Source of the DNA: a virus | Virus record (IMG/VR): IMGVR_UViG_3300022839_000007 | Coordinates: 1 to 64,000 of that record | Reading direction: 5' to 3' (one strand) | DNA length: 64,000 nt | Part shown: piece after piece, positions 51,701 to 59,602 of the stretch | Layout: every line of letters begins with the position of its first letter | How positions within the stretch are numbered: position 1 is the stretch's first letter | The notes under the pieces: model-generated | What the model saw: the letters and a program-made list of their open reading frames with translations, nothing else | Database searches by the model: none | Told to the model about the DNA's origin: nothing | Translations under genes and position numbers: made by a program

Positions 51701-53579
51701 ATTAATAACAGTAAACGGAAAAGTATTGCTTAATATTGATGATTATCAGTTAAGCAGCACCTCAACTGGATGTTTACAAATTATGTTAACTAATGGTACT
51801 ACAGTTAGCGGAGATATAATTCAATATACTGTTTACAATTCAATTTTACAGCAATATAGCACGGTACAAATTGACAATACATTTATACCAGACGGAGTAA
51901 CGGTATATCATACGTTTGATACAGACGGTCCTATTCCGTTTGAGTCAAAGCCGTTTTCTCACAATATATTAATTAAAAATGATAATATCATGTTAAATCC
52001 TGGATATAGCATTTCTCATACTGCAACGCTGGAAAGAGATTATAATATAGAATCGTGGCAATTTGATAATACAATTTCTATTTTATCGTCGGATGTAATC
52101 GTATATGTTAATAACAAGAAGTTAACAGATACCGAAGTTACATACGATCCTGTTAATTTTAAAATACAATTGATACGTGAAGATATTGCTCCGCCGGGTA
52201 GTAGGATAGATATATTTGTTATTACCGATGCTGATTATTATTTTGTTGATACTAAGATTACATTTTCAAATAATAATTTACAAAATATTGCTACAGTAGG
52301 CTCGCCTATAACATTTGAACTAGGTAACTCGACTGTGTATACTGGGGTAGTAAAAACAGTTTCTAATAATAGCATCACACTCGAAGCTTACAGACCCGAT
52401 ATTACAACTGCATTTGTATTTGCGTCAACTGTTATAATAGGCTCAGGAAATACTAGTCTTTCTACTCAAATTAGTAATGTTGAGTATGTAGAGAGCGATA
52501 GTATGACATTTGCAGTTGCTCCTGAAATTAACACTAACATCGAGATCTATACATTTAGTAATCACGATATCAACAACTTTTCGCGCATCACATACGATGT
52601 ATTGATAAAATCTTCAGTAACCGAAGGAACATCTGATTTTATCAAGCGTAATCTATTAACAAGAGGTATTATAAAGTTACCAACATCGTCATACGGAACT
52701 CCTTATGTGTGGGTAATAGTCAATGGAAAGTTACTTACTCCTTACGCTGACTACACTGTAGTTGATTCGTTGGATGCAGTACAATTAAAAATAGTACCGA
52801 TGGAAAACGATACTGTGGATGTATTACAGTTTGGCTCAAATCCTGTTATTCCACAATACGGATATCGCATCTTTAAAGATATGTTAAATAGAACACATTA
52901 CAAACGTCTTAATCAAGACAACAGCTATGTGTTGGCAAATCCACTTAATTACTACGATGCAAGAATAATGTTAACTGATACTACTGGAATTTTTCAACCT
53001 AATAAACAAAAAAATGTCCCAGGTGTATTATTTATTGACGGAGAACGGATCGAATATTTTGAAATTAGCGGAAATGCATTGTTACAATTAAGAAGAGGTA
53101 CACTAGGCACCGGAGTCAAAGCAGTACACCATAATGGATCAATATTATTAGGCCAGGGTCCAGACGAAAATATTTCGTACCAAGATAAAATGCTGCATCA
53201 AATCTTGTTATCTAACGGTACTACTACGTATAACTTAGACTTTGTTGCTGACAATATTAATGAAATTGAGGTATTTTTAGGAGGAACCCGTTTGAGAAAA
53301 TCGGCAATAGAAGTTTATCAGTCCAATATCGATCAAGATAGTAACGAAGGAAATATAACAATTCCGGCCGAGTTTAGTGTGACTGGGTCGTTAATATCAA
53401 TTGAACCAAGAAATGCATTAACTGGAGAAATAATTAATCCGTTATTATGGAATAACCAACGTATTGAGATTATACGAAAGATCGGACAAGTATGGAACAC
53501 TCCAGGAAAGACATTAGCAGATTCGGATAACTTAATAAGTAGATTCTTACGTGGCGCAACAATACGCTTGCCGAAATAA
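39762..53579 (+). CDS. Giant baseplate wedge/structural protein (gp7-like position), 4605 aa
   Basis: Follows gp6; FLPKYFRT start; FG-GAP-like propeller repeats (FGADVSIS..IAIGVP, FGYVISI..IAIGAP); GSGYT..P.V repeats. Confidence 0.75.
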   Translation: MAFEKDQTDITLPVNGTGDISAVNFLPKYFRTDINRKFINSTIDQMIKPGVVEKINSFTGRRYARATTVNDSFLSDVTATRENYQFEPVMVYKDTLNNVEFYKDYNDYLGQLTTFKGTTSNHSILNSQEYYAWNPHIDWDKFANFREYYWLPNGPDVVSVSGQSTSVVSTYTVGIVFDADNYAYVFTPNGFTRNPKLKLYKGQTYRFDIDTPGHPFALAISRVFNDQDPGIEYAPSNLSTLYNKGVVKYQYDAEGKLVISNEEYIEKGVIEFTVPDDVPDTLFYLSKNSVDTSGIIATYTILAASEINVNEEIVGKRSYKTANGIQLSNGMKLYFQGTVTPDEYSKGFWYVEGVGSAIKLVSDQSLEVPAIFTSKFNVPFDTFGFDQYPFEDASSFPGTKDYIVINRSSPDRNPWSRYNRWFHKDVITASAMANNRVANINQDARAKRPIIEFEAGLKLYQHGAKAKNNVDLVDTFTTDVFSTIEGSLGYNVDGVDLVDRMRVLFTADTDILVQGKIYQVKFITHNARRQITLIETVDTDPVLDDTVLVLMGNTQAGNMFYYTGIKWKIAQDKTSINQFPLFDLFDKDGISYTDNTTYPSSSFRGNTLFGYRLGTGTPDTELGFALSYRNISNVGDIVFDFSLLTDTFGYQSELHQTSLVNTDTSFLRKYNAFGTEFSYENGWKKAVAKSSQAVINSQIITNKLNNFPIDVYDNSATVTDLIIKIWVNGSRKYQDIDYIVSSNNNIAYIDFNRELAETNLLLIKTYSSANKNANGFYEIPINFEKNPLNDNITEVTLGEVNDHINSIADGHPEFIGIFPGASNLRDISKLASYGTRFVQHSGPLNLALYNLTDKDANLIKSLKFARREYAKFKRQFIYEANKTGFHGSARDHVDLILQTLAQTKTEARPFYFSDMVAIGTALKTLHLVEYPDAVFFALNRSFNLSTLSINAVTVYLNGIQLLHNKDYIFVDTFVKILNNLSRNDVVEVYEYENTAGSFIPPTPTKLGMYPKYQPGIIVDNTYSTTTTMIQGHDGSLVKAYNDYRDDLLIELEMRIFNNIKCEYDTTKIDIFDFVSGHERNTGIPQADVDAILLADFAQWLEIAGSPDYSSNTNWNEFDNFTLNYSNMGDKSGNPLNGYWRAIYKKYFDTDRPHTHPWEMIGFTIMPVWWEQVYGPAPYTKDNTILWSDLASGIIKTPGLPAQINSKFIRTTLLSNIPVDESGNLLSPLDCGLAQNYAILLSKNNFVFGDQAPVETAWRRSSDYPFSLITAWSILQPAHIIGLGFDCSRVKRDIVGNLVYSPTNKRIQLSELVFPTVNTSDTLVLTSGLVNYVVDFIVNNVTIKYQTYKTQLTNSKNQLAVKLAGFADKNKLKLVLDSRSPLNKSSVFVPDENYQIFFNVSSPLETAVFSGIIIEKSKTGYIILGYDKESPVFNYTAPIPRQRDSAITVGGISESFVNWNENTQYIAGNVVVNNGTYYRAVTTHTSNTVFDAIKFAILPSLPITGGETVLLRKDFESQVSSLPYGTVLASVQEVTDFMLGYENHLVAQGFEFSFFNNDTEALEDMKLCIKEFMFWVTQNWDIGTVLTLSPAANQLKFSKEFYVVDDIYDGFYDISILSGIGTRINSEFSNIFRNDQNEFGIKPLNTDDGIYLARLPLVQKEHIILIDNVTVFNDTIYDVAPGYRQERIKLVGYRTDNWTGGLHIPGFFYDNAKATEWNLWSDYAIGDLIKYKEFYYVANSKHSSTDVFDPEYWNQLNKKPEPSLYPNWDYKVNQFTDFYDLDSDNFDTEQQRLGQHLIGYQRRAYLENIITDSVSQYKFYQGFIQDKGTKNSLTKLFDALSGADKDSLEFYEEWAIRVGQYGAIENKYEVEYQLDETKFRLEPQLFELTNSISSRTDLVYEIAPHEAMLKPSDYTHSIFEEKSDISVFGFDSGYVRNLDVNLVSIVKDQLTLLSVDDIQVGDFVWIQREQQSWNVYRNVTVNNIVTDVVMSLPTDRSFDNALADFNNGFTVYFEHPVTEFKEDDIIGIRSEFISANGFFKVKEVFLNQVVILSNVPVSQESYNDSIVSGVSKFVKRRFANAADLNSTIENIIHNPDDKVWIDNTGNGNFGVFANNPVFSLQEETINSTTTADNFSSSFAVNKSNTVVVVSKNNQAEVFTRNAESFAKILLQTFLPDNAIAANTNFGADVSISADSRYIAIGVPDASNAVTYYKGELDPLSTYNVGDIVSDRGALWRANNTITGDNSTIANFSQDWEPVTLLTANAFGTPSSLTNQGLVYIYKLNLQTNTYFLQHVIVSPTPRTNEQFGYKVELRQTAAGITRLFVGAPGESGVDQGRIYFFETDYNDIWSNTRNRNYKGEWSALISYNENEIVSFNGILKQSTTNNVVESPSISNKWIDIDIVEYSGYIPQGAYILEDADSTAVYNLATNVGTTFDVNATGDILVLSASADYELLAQDVSIKTDRVSIFENQGRWKFLQYIDAEDSTDDFGYVISINETGNKIAIGAPTNDDQGIDRGVVYIYERATVNSVSTYSVVQILQSPFAEENEAFGTGIDFSHSRLAISAKNADMILSTTFDSYTQLEFVIVGEDGFDNPIYSRYVLDNSSKEKDISTTYDGNNTKFSSIIKDTGRIIIFQEIGNSFMFAEVLNYNRNTKFNDVSNFKLNNNHIYIGLPKLDLSDVTDVILPIEYATSTTDVIGLLADLRAIPTTNSWEIISSQSGKINLATVSKAFLYSKESNDIIANLDILDPRQGKIPGVADQEISFKTFYDPAIYSVNQNNKTGITVDVNANWTDNYVGKLWWSIGSATWINPYQGSVHYRSANWNMLADSGSIEIYEWVKTTLTPLQYRAQSDTSAGFANGISGTPKFGDTIYSSSIDIDSISGKTTEFYYFWVRNNKIIPRNVKRRLSSFDIEQLILNPSTNGYRYIAPLGTDQFALHNIQSLISGTDTILHIEFERNELLETNIHSEYELLTEGLDISTPSSAIEQKWYDSLVGYDLANNPVPDTELPAKQKYGILNSPRQSMFINRLEAVKQFVERVNDVLVKTQIVDNYVIDQLVLKDEIPLASIGRYDSVVSTVDDLRFVGVAKVQQAILLPIIVDGKISDVTIISAGRGYKISPQVKISSNSGKGAIIKTEINSIGQIIKVTILNQGKKYSNDTTLNVRKFSVLVIADAALIGRWAIYTWSSISQTWDRTDNQSFNTSNYWEYRDWYATDYSNLTSIDLTVDQSYELFAANDAIGDIVKINTIGSGGWLLLEKINDRLTEDYTINYKTVGRENGTIQLATRLYDYATVTSGYDALIYDNAFYDREPIIELRNILTALRDDIFIGDLAVEYNKTFFAGLRYAFSEQVNVDWAFKTSFIRAKHNVGKLLQKVTFQNDNLDNYEDYVKEVKPFSSKVREYISSYNHVESTSSLTTDFDIPPSYNVDNNTIETISAQVSNGEVIGIVQKYMNYPYKSWVDNNGYEVVEIKVSNSGSGYTQTPTVVVEGDSTTATAYTSKGKVTSIEITNTGNKFYKAPLVTISGTQTAGGQVATAVAILGNGLIRTAHLTIKFDRTQGTYSLTDLNVTEVFSGTGAKQEFNLKWPMNIRSNSFSIYINNRIQLSSNFEVSNNLDTSKGYARQIAKIKFITAPPVNSVVTVNYKKDVTILNAADRIYSFYNPTSGMPGKELAQLMTGVEYSGAIYDGSGFGNAQGWDPESQFSQGFGATPWDTFDKTYDDEIFVLDGSTSVLELATPLENGVEYNVYLNNTRLDDPEFSTGGVVSNPNAVMQTIVGNGITTAVNIEDIGTVVDADIIIIRKSTSDGSFTPNETLYDTALQGGNLAYNTATGLASEDIVVDGDSFVTQTSSKGPEELVPGQLLDTLDIQVYHKPSNGIGVIGVASYRVISETSTFKLPQVPNTSDSLIVKLNGEILAQNMYTVDWKNRTITTIEPLVFGNLTITTIGTNGVGILDNITVEAVGNTDTYISNVLYNDQLSALITVNGKVLLNIDDYQLSSTSTGCLQIMLTNGTTVSGDIIQYTVYNSILQQYSTVQIDNTFIPDGVTVYHTFDTDGPIPFESKPFSHNILIKNDNIMLNPGYSISHTATLERDYNIESWQFDNTISILSSDVIVYVNNKKLTDTEVTYDPVNFKIQLIREDIAPPGSRIDIFVITDADYYFVDTKITFSNNNLQNIATVGSPITFELGNSTVYTGVVKTVSNNSITLEAYRPDITTAFVFASTVIIGSGNTSLSTQISNVEYVESDSMTFAVAPEINTNIEIYTFSNHDINNFSRITYDVLIKSSVTEGTSDFIKRNLLTRGIIKLPTSSYGTPYVWVIVNGKLLTPYADYTVVDSLDAVQLKIVPMENDTVDVLQFGSNPVIPQYGYRIFKDMLNRTHYKRLNQDNSYVLANPLNYYDARIMLTDTTGIFQPNKQKNVPGVLFIDGERIEYFEISGNALLQLRRGTLGTGVKAVHHNGSILLGQGPDENISYQDKMLHQILLSNGTTTYNLDFVADNINEIEVFLGGTRLRKSAIEVYQSNIDQDSNEGNITIPAEFSVTGSLISIEPRNALTGEIINPLLWNNQRIEIIRKIGQVWNTPGKTLADSDNLISRFLRGATIRLPK

Positions 53580-53599
53580 ATACAGTATAAGGTGTAACA

Positions 53600-54211
53600 A
53601 TGACAGAAATAAATGAACTAAACGGCATACACGTAGCAGGTCATATAAAAATATTTGATCCGTCAAATGGTGAAGTTTTTATTAATAAAAGAAACGCAAT
53701 ACATTATGAAAATATGAGTATTGCACTAGCAGAAAGTCTTGCTAATCAAGGTAGTGGATATATTCATGAAATGAGTTTTGGCAATGGCGGCACTAGTGTT
53801 GATCCTACAGGAATTATTACATACCTCACTCCTAATACAACCGGAACAAACGCAAGTCTTTACAACCAAACTTATACAAAAATAGTTGATAATTCTAGCG
53901 TTAATAATTTAGATCCAACTCGAAATAAAACCGAAGTTAGACATGTTTCTGGTACAAATTATACTGACATTGTAGTAAGTTGTTTGTTAGATTACGGCGA
54001 GCCAGACGGCCAGTCGGCGTTTGACACAGCCGGTGATACCAATCAACTATATGTGTTTGACGAATTAGGATTACGTAGTTACAGTAGCAACGGTCCAGGT
54101 AGACTAATTACTCATGTAATTTTTCACCCGGTTCAGAAAAGTTTAAACCGCTTGATACAAATTGATTACACAGTACGAGTACAAAGTCTAAGTGGATTCA
54201 ACGAGGTATAA
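53600..54211 (+). CDS. Baseplate protein (gp8-like/fibre attachment)
   Basis: 203 aa; FDELGL and HPVQKSLNRLIQIDYT; late promoter upstream. Confidence 0.6.
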   Translation: MTEINELNGIHVAGHIKIFDPSNGEVFINKRNAIHYENMSIALAESLANQGSGYIHEMSFGNGGTSVDPTGIITYLTPNTTGTNASLYNQTYTKIVDNSSVNNLDPTRNKTEVRHVSGTNYTDIVVSCLLDYGEPDGQSAFDTAGDTNQLYVFDELGLRSYSSNGPGRLITHVIFHPVQKSLNRLIQIDYTVRVQSLSGFNEV

Positions 54212-54214
54212 AGA

Positions 54215-56257
54215 ATGGCATATGAAGTAAGATTTACCGACTCTGTTAACAAAGGAAGTATAACAGTCGAAGAACAAACAATAAACGTTGAAACTAGTTT
54301 ATCTCTTCCTGGACGTAATCTTACTGACTACGGACCTAGGGTATTAGAAAACTTTTTACACTTGTTAGAAAATTTTGCTAATTCTACTAGTCCAGTGAGA
54401 CCGGTAGAAGGACAGCTATGGTATGACAACACTACCGGAACTGACCAATTAAAACTATACGACGGTGCAAATTGGGTAAGTGCAGGCGGCATTAAAAAGG
54501 CTAGCAGTGCCCCTGCTGCGGAACAAAGTTTATTAGGAGATTTGTGGGTAGATACTAGTAATCAACAAGTATATTTATATAGCGGATCTGGGTGGACGTT
54601 GATCGGACCTGATTACGCCGAAGGTGCAGGAACCGGTGCCAAATACGAATCTATTATTAGTACAGTTAATGCGGCAGTTCCGTGTATTATTAACTATGTT
54701 GATAATATCGTAATAAGTATTATTAGTGCTCGGCAATTTACACCCAAATTAACTATTTCTGGATTTGGAACTATTAATCCAGGACATAACATTTCCAGCA
54801 ATATAAGCGGATTACCAGGCAAATACTATGGTATGTCGCAAAAAGCAGAAACATTGTACGTTAATGAAACAGTAGGAGCAGTTCCTGGCAGTCAGTTTGC
54901 ACGATTAAATGCAACAAACATATTCCTTCAACCGTTACGTATACGAAATAATAACGGAATTGATATCGGAGAAACGCAAACGTTAGTAGTTAGCGTCACT
55001 GGTAGTAATGCATTAATTACAAATAAATCTACCGACGGGTATATTGGATTTAAAGTTCAAAATAATATTACTGCTCTTAGAATTAGAAATGACGGCAAAA
55101 TAGGAATCTTAAACGAGTCTCCGCAAGAAGCATTGGATGTAACTGGTTCAATTTTAGCATCCGGCAAGATTACCAACAATGATGTTACTCAAAGTTCTAG
55201 TGCAAATACCGGTGCGTTAGTTACGTTCGGCGGCGCAGGCATTGCAAAAAATTTAAACGTAGGCGGAAACATTTTAACAGCCGGGTCGATAACTGCTACA
55301 AATATTATACCAGATAGCACAAATACTCGGAATATAGGATCTGTTACACAAAAATACAACAACATTTATGCAAATACCTTTAACGGTAATTTAACCGGAG
55401 ATGTAGTTGGAAATTTAACCGGAACATCTGCTAGCACCGGCAAATTGAATAGTGCAACTACATTTACAATTGCAGGCGATGTAACAACTTCTGTTCCGGT
55501 AACGTTTGACGGACAAATTGGCGGGTTAACCAAGGTGTTCGACGTTGTTTTAAACGACTCTTATTTTACCGGTAAACCAGTTTATAGTGATCCTGTATCA
55601 GGAACTGAGCAGGTTCTTATCCGTAAAACTGCATTGTTACCAGGAGACACTCAATCTATAACTGAATTTTATGTTAGTACACTAGCTGCAATTGTATCAT
55701 TGGTTCCTACCTTTACTCCCGGAATGCTAATGATGTGTGCAGCAATATCTCCGCCTCCTGGCTGGAGATTTTGTCATGGAGATAATATTCCGCTAACCGG
55801 TACTTATGCAGCTCTATACGACGAAATTAAATTTACATATGGCGGCAGTCTTGCATTAGGATATTTTAAACTTCCGGATTTCAGAGGAAGAGTTTCGGTT
55901 GGAGCATTAAATAATGCAGTTAGACCTAGTGCTAATTCCGAAGACAGAATATACGACGATGGCGCTGCTTCAATTCTCGGAGCAGTTGGCGGCAACCAGA
56001 GAAATACCATTTTATTGTCAAATTTACCCGACCACGGGCATTCGTTAATGGGCGACGATGGTACCCAGTTTTATTCTACTACCGGAGTTACCGGCGGAAG
56101 TGATTCAAATACTGCTAATATTACAATAGTTGGAAGTACCTCGGGTACTGGACTTACTGCAACCGGAAACATAGATGGATGGACATCTCAGGATAAGATT
56201 GCAACAGTGCCTCCGTTTTTGACAACTAACTATATCATTTATACTGGAGTAATTTAA
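54215..56257 (+). CDS. Short tail fibre with phage tail-collar domain
   Basis: PPGWRFCHG..FKLPDFRGRV collar motif; N-terminal ENFLHLLENF..GQLWYD shared with the next two genes. Confidence 0.8.
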   Translation: MAYEVRFTDSVNKGSITVEEQTINVETSLSLPGRNLTDYGPRVLENFLHLLENFANSTSPVRPVEGQLWYDNTTGTDQLKLYDGANWVSAGGIKKASSAPAAEQSLLGDLWVDTSNQQVYLYSGSGWTLIGPDYAEGAGTGAKYESIISTVNAAVPCIINYVDNIVISIISARQFTPKLTISGFGTINPGHNISSNISGLPGKYYGMSQKAETLYVNETVGAVPGSQFARLNATNIFLQPLRIRNNNGIDIGETQTLVVSVTGSNALITNKSTDGYIGFKVQNNITALRIRNDGKIGILNESPQEALDVTGSILASGKITNNDVTQSSSANTGALVTFGGAGIAKNLNVGGNILTAGSITATNIIPDSTNTRNIGSVTQKYNNIYANTFNGNLTGDVVGNLTGTSASTGKLNSATTFTIAGDVTTSVPVTFDGQIGGLTKVFDVVLNDSYFTGKPVYSDPVSGTEQVLIRKTALLPGDTQSITEFYVSTLAAIVSLVPTFTPGMLMMCAAISPPPGWRFCHGDNIPLTGTYAALYDEIKFTYGGSLALGYFKLPDFRGRVSVGALNNAVRPSANSEDRIYDDGAASILGAVGGNQRNTILLSNLPDHGHSLMGDDGTQFYSTTGVTGGSDSNTANITIVGSTSGTGLTATGNIDGWTSQDKIATVPPFLTTNYIIYTGVI

Positions 56258-58077
56258 TGAGTTATAAGATTAATACCACAGACGGAACTTTATTAGTCGA
56301 CTTAGTAGATGGTAGAATAGATAGCAATACCACTGATCTTACTTTGATAGGAAGAAATTACACAGGGTATGGTGAATTTTTTAATGAGAATTTTGTAAGA
56401 TTATTAGAAAATTTTAAAAACACAGCACCGCCACCTAGTCCGTTGATAGGGCAACTCTGGTTTGACACAAGCGAAGGCAGACTACGAGTGTATAATGGTG
56501 AGGAGTGGAAGTCCACAGATACTACTATAGTGTCAGCAACTCAGCCGACGTTATTAGCCGGTGATGTATGGATAAGTACTGCTCAAAAACAGATATATTT
56601 TAGCGACGGAGCAGATGTTATTTTGGCTGGTCCAATTTATACCGCAGATCAAGGAAAATCAGGATGGGATGTTATTACCTTAATTGACAGGTTTGGTGTG
56701 AATAAAACCGTAACTCAGCTAATGATAGGCGGAATATCAGTTGCAATATTTTCAAAAGAAACATTTACTGCTGCTAGTATTTCAGAAAACTTATCATTGT
56801 TAGAAGGCTTTCCGGTGTCTATAAAAACTGGAATTAATGTTAATAGTAATTATAGCGACTTCTCGTTCTATGGACCTGCAGACTTTACTTATCGACTATT
56901 AGATAGCAGCAATAATTCTTATACTCCTGACAATTTTATAAAAGTTACAGGCAATAACACACTTACCGGAACATTTCATATTAAAAACGACAGCGGTATA
57001 ACAGTTGGCGACGACAGCGATTTTATAATAAGAGTCCAGGGTACTAATACTATCTTACGTAATCAATTAAATAACAACAATCTTGCATTACAAGTTACTC
57101 GCGGCGGCGCATTACAAGACGCAATTACAATAAAAACGTTTGACGGTAAAATTGGATTTTGGCAACCAGATCCGCAATACGACTTAGATCTCAACGGCGA
57201 TGTTAGGATTTCAGGAAATTTAATTGTAGACGGCGATACGATTAGCTTAAATGTCTCAAATCTCAGAGTTGAAGACAAATTAATCGAGCTTGCGTTGACT
57301 GCTGATGGTATGCTATTATCTGATGCCCAAGTCGACGGAGCCGGAATTTCGGTCAGAGCAATTAATAATGATAAAACAATTACTTGGAATAATACTTATA
57401 ATAGCTGGAATCATAGTTGCAACGTCAACATTCCAGCTGGATTTGCGTTTAAGATTGCGAATCTTGATGTTTTATCCACAACTTCATTAGGAGCAACTGT
57501 TTCTAGCGCAGTTGGCCTTACTCAGATTGGAACATTAATTAATCTTGATGTCGATTCTATTAATCTCAATGGATCTACAATTACTACTACTAATTCGTTG
57601 ATAATTTCAGCCGGTGGCGATATTAACATTGCTAATAATAGAAAGATCACTGGAGTAAAATCTCCAGTGGACAGTGACACAGCCGATGTTGTTGCAACTA
57701 AAGGGTATGTAGACAACGTACAACAGTTGCAAAACGAGCATCTTGCACTCGACATTACTGGATTAAGTAATGCACAAATTTCCGCAGTAATTAATGATGT
57801 TATACCGTCGTTGTCAAAGGATATTGGCATAACCTGTAAAGTGCATTGTACAATTTATACAGGAACTTATGCATATAACGCAAACAACGGCTTAACAAAA
57901 AACTTTATAGCAGTAGATAAAGATGGAGTCGAAAATCAATCAGTAGTGCAAAATTTTAGTTTTGTTGCTCAAACTGCGCAACCAGTTACGTTGACTGTAA
58001 TACGAAGTCTTAAGCAGTTTGTAATAAACGGCGCAGGTAATTGGGAATTTGATGCTGATCTAGTATCCAGCGTCTAA
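56257..58077 (+). CDS. Tail fibre/baseplate protein with paralogous N-terminus
   Basis: LIGRNYTGYGE..NENFVRLLENF..GQLWFD. Confidence 0.75.
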   Translation: MSYKINTTDGTLLVDLVDGRIDSNTTDLTLIGRNYTGYGEFFNENFVRLLENFKNTAPPPSPLIGQLWFDTSEGRLRVYNGEEWKSTDTTIVSATQPTLLAGDVWISTAQKQIYFSDGADVILAGPIYTADQGKSGWDVITLIDRFGVNKTVTQLMIGGISVAIFSKETFTAASISENLSLLEGFPVSIKTGINVNSNYSDFSFYGPADFTYRLLDSSNNSYTPDNFIKVTGNNTLTGTFHIKNDSGITVGDDSDFIIRVQGTNTILRNQLNNNNLALQVTRGGALQDAITIKTFDGKIGFWQPDPQYDLDLNGDVRISGNLIVDGDTISLNVSNLRVEDKLIELALTADGMLLSDAQVDGAGISVRAINNDKTITWNNTYNSWNHSCNVNIPAGFAFKIANLDVLSTTSLGATVSSAVGLTQIGTLINLDVDSINLNGSTITTTNSLIISAGGDINIANNRKITGVKSPVDSDTADVVATKGYVDNVQQLQNEHLALDITGLSNAQISAVINDVIPSLSKDIGITCKVHCTIYTGTYAYNANNGLTKNFIAVDKDGVENQSVVQNFSFVAQTAQPVTLTVIRSLKQFVINGAGNWEFDADLVSSV

Positions 58078-58112
58078 ACGATAAATATTACAATATATAA
58101 GGGTACTGACAC

Positions 58113-59576
58113 ATGGCATACATTATTAACAGATACAACGGAACTGTATTAACAACAGTTGAAGACGGTACTGTAAACACAACTACTGAATTAAAACTTA
58201 TAGGAAAAAACTTTGCAGGGTACGGCGAAGCACAGAATGAAAATTACTTATTTTTATTAGAAAGTTTCTCAAATACTTCGGCACCAACTAGACCGTTAAG
58301 CGGGATGTTGTGGTATGATAGCGGCAATGCAAAACTAAGATTTTATAACGGTAATGCATGGAAGACCACAGGCGGCGCCGAAACTTCAACTAGTCCTCCG
58401 AGCACCGGAGTTGAAGGAGACTTTTGGTGGGATACTACATCTAATCAATTAAAGGCAAAAAATGCAAATGGCGACTGGGTACTAATTGGACCACAACGTG
58501 CCGGAACCGGGATTACTCAAATGACTAGTATTGTCCTTACCGACACGCTAGGCGGTACTCAGTCTGTGATATCAGCTACCGTAAACGATATTGTTATATA
58601 TATAATTAGTGCTAATGAATTTACTATTGCAGCAGTTGATGCAATTCCCGGATTTGATACAATTAAACCCGGGCTGACACTAGTAAATACAACCTCGTCG
58701 ACTAACGGAATTACAACCGGCGATTTTTATTACTGGGGAACAGCAAGCAATTCTCTTAAACTAAACGGAATAGACGCAAGTGTATACGACATTGATAACA
58801 ATTTTGCAAACAGACTAACTCCGGTATTATTTAATGACTACGGATATACAGTAGGCAATGACGTTGATTTCACAGTAAAGATTGACAGTGATACCGAAAC
58901 TCCGATGATAAAACTTCATCGAAATCTATTACGTATTAAAAACAGTACAGACATTGTTATCGCCACAGTTGAAAATACAGGTATTCATCCCGGAGCAAGT
59001 AACGCATTTGATCTCGGAACTCCGTCAAAAGTATGGGCAACAATATATGCTAACAGCTTCAACGGTACAGTCACCAAAGCTAATCAATTGCGTCTTGGCG
59101 GATCTGGTACAACATACGTATCCTCAGCAACGTCGGCATTACCGGATACTATTGCAGCAAGAGATTCTGTTGGTAATTTAACAGCCGTGTTATTTCAGGG
59201 TACTGCAACAAAGGCACGTTACGCAGATCTTGCAGAAAAATATACCACCTCTAACGAATTACCGCCCGGGACCGCAGTTTCGGTTTGTACATGTAACACA
59301 CACGAAGTAGAACCTTCTAGCGCAACTCAGCTATGTATCGGGGTAGTTTCGACTAATCCGGCAGTTATGATGAACAGCGACGCTGACGGACAATACATAG
59401 GACTTAAAGGACGGTTGCCTGTAAGAGTCAAAGGAGCAGTTCGTAAAGGTCAAGCAGTATACGCAATAGCAGGCGGAGTAAGCACAATTGTAGCAACATC
59501 TGCATTAGTAGGTATTGCATTAGAAACTAATCTTAGTCCAGACGAAAAACTTGTCGAGTGTGTTCTCAAGGTATAA
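58113..59576 (+). CDS. Tail fibre with C-terminal intramolecular-chaperone-like domain
   Basis: Same N-terminus as the preceding two genes; C-terminal ARYADLAEKY..GVVSTNPA..GLKGRLPVRVKG. Confidence 0.75.
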   Translation: MAYIINRYNGTVLTTVEDGTVNTTTELKLIGKNFAGYGEAQNENYLFLLESFSNTSAPTRPLSGMLWYDSGNAKLRFYNGNAWKTTGGAETSTSPPSTGVEGDFWWDTTSNQLKAKNANGDWVLIGPQRAGTGITQMTSIVLTDTLGGTQSVISATVNDIVIYIISANEFTIAAVDAIPGFDTIKPGLTLVNTTSSTNGITTGDFYYWGTASNSLKLNGIDASVYDIDNNFANRLTPVLFNDYGYTVGNDVDFTVKIDSDTETPMIKLHRNLLRIKNSTDIVIATVENTGIHPGASNAFDLGTPSKVWATIYANSFNGTVTKANQLRLGGSGTTYVSSATSALPDTIAARDSVGNLTAVLFQGTATKARYADLAEKYTTSNELPPGTAVSVCTCNTHEVEPSSATQLCIGVVSTNPAVMMNSDADGQYIGLKGRLPVRVKGAVRKGQAVYAIAGGVSTIVATSALVGIALETNLSPDEKLVECVLKV

Positions 59577-59579
59577 ATA
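59572..59579 (+). promoter_or_regulatory. T4-consensus late promoter
   Basis: TATAAATA upstream of the ATG at 59603. Confidence 0.75.
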
Positions 59580-59602
59580 CTAGCATATTATAAGGAACAA
59601 AC

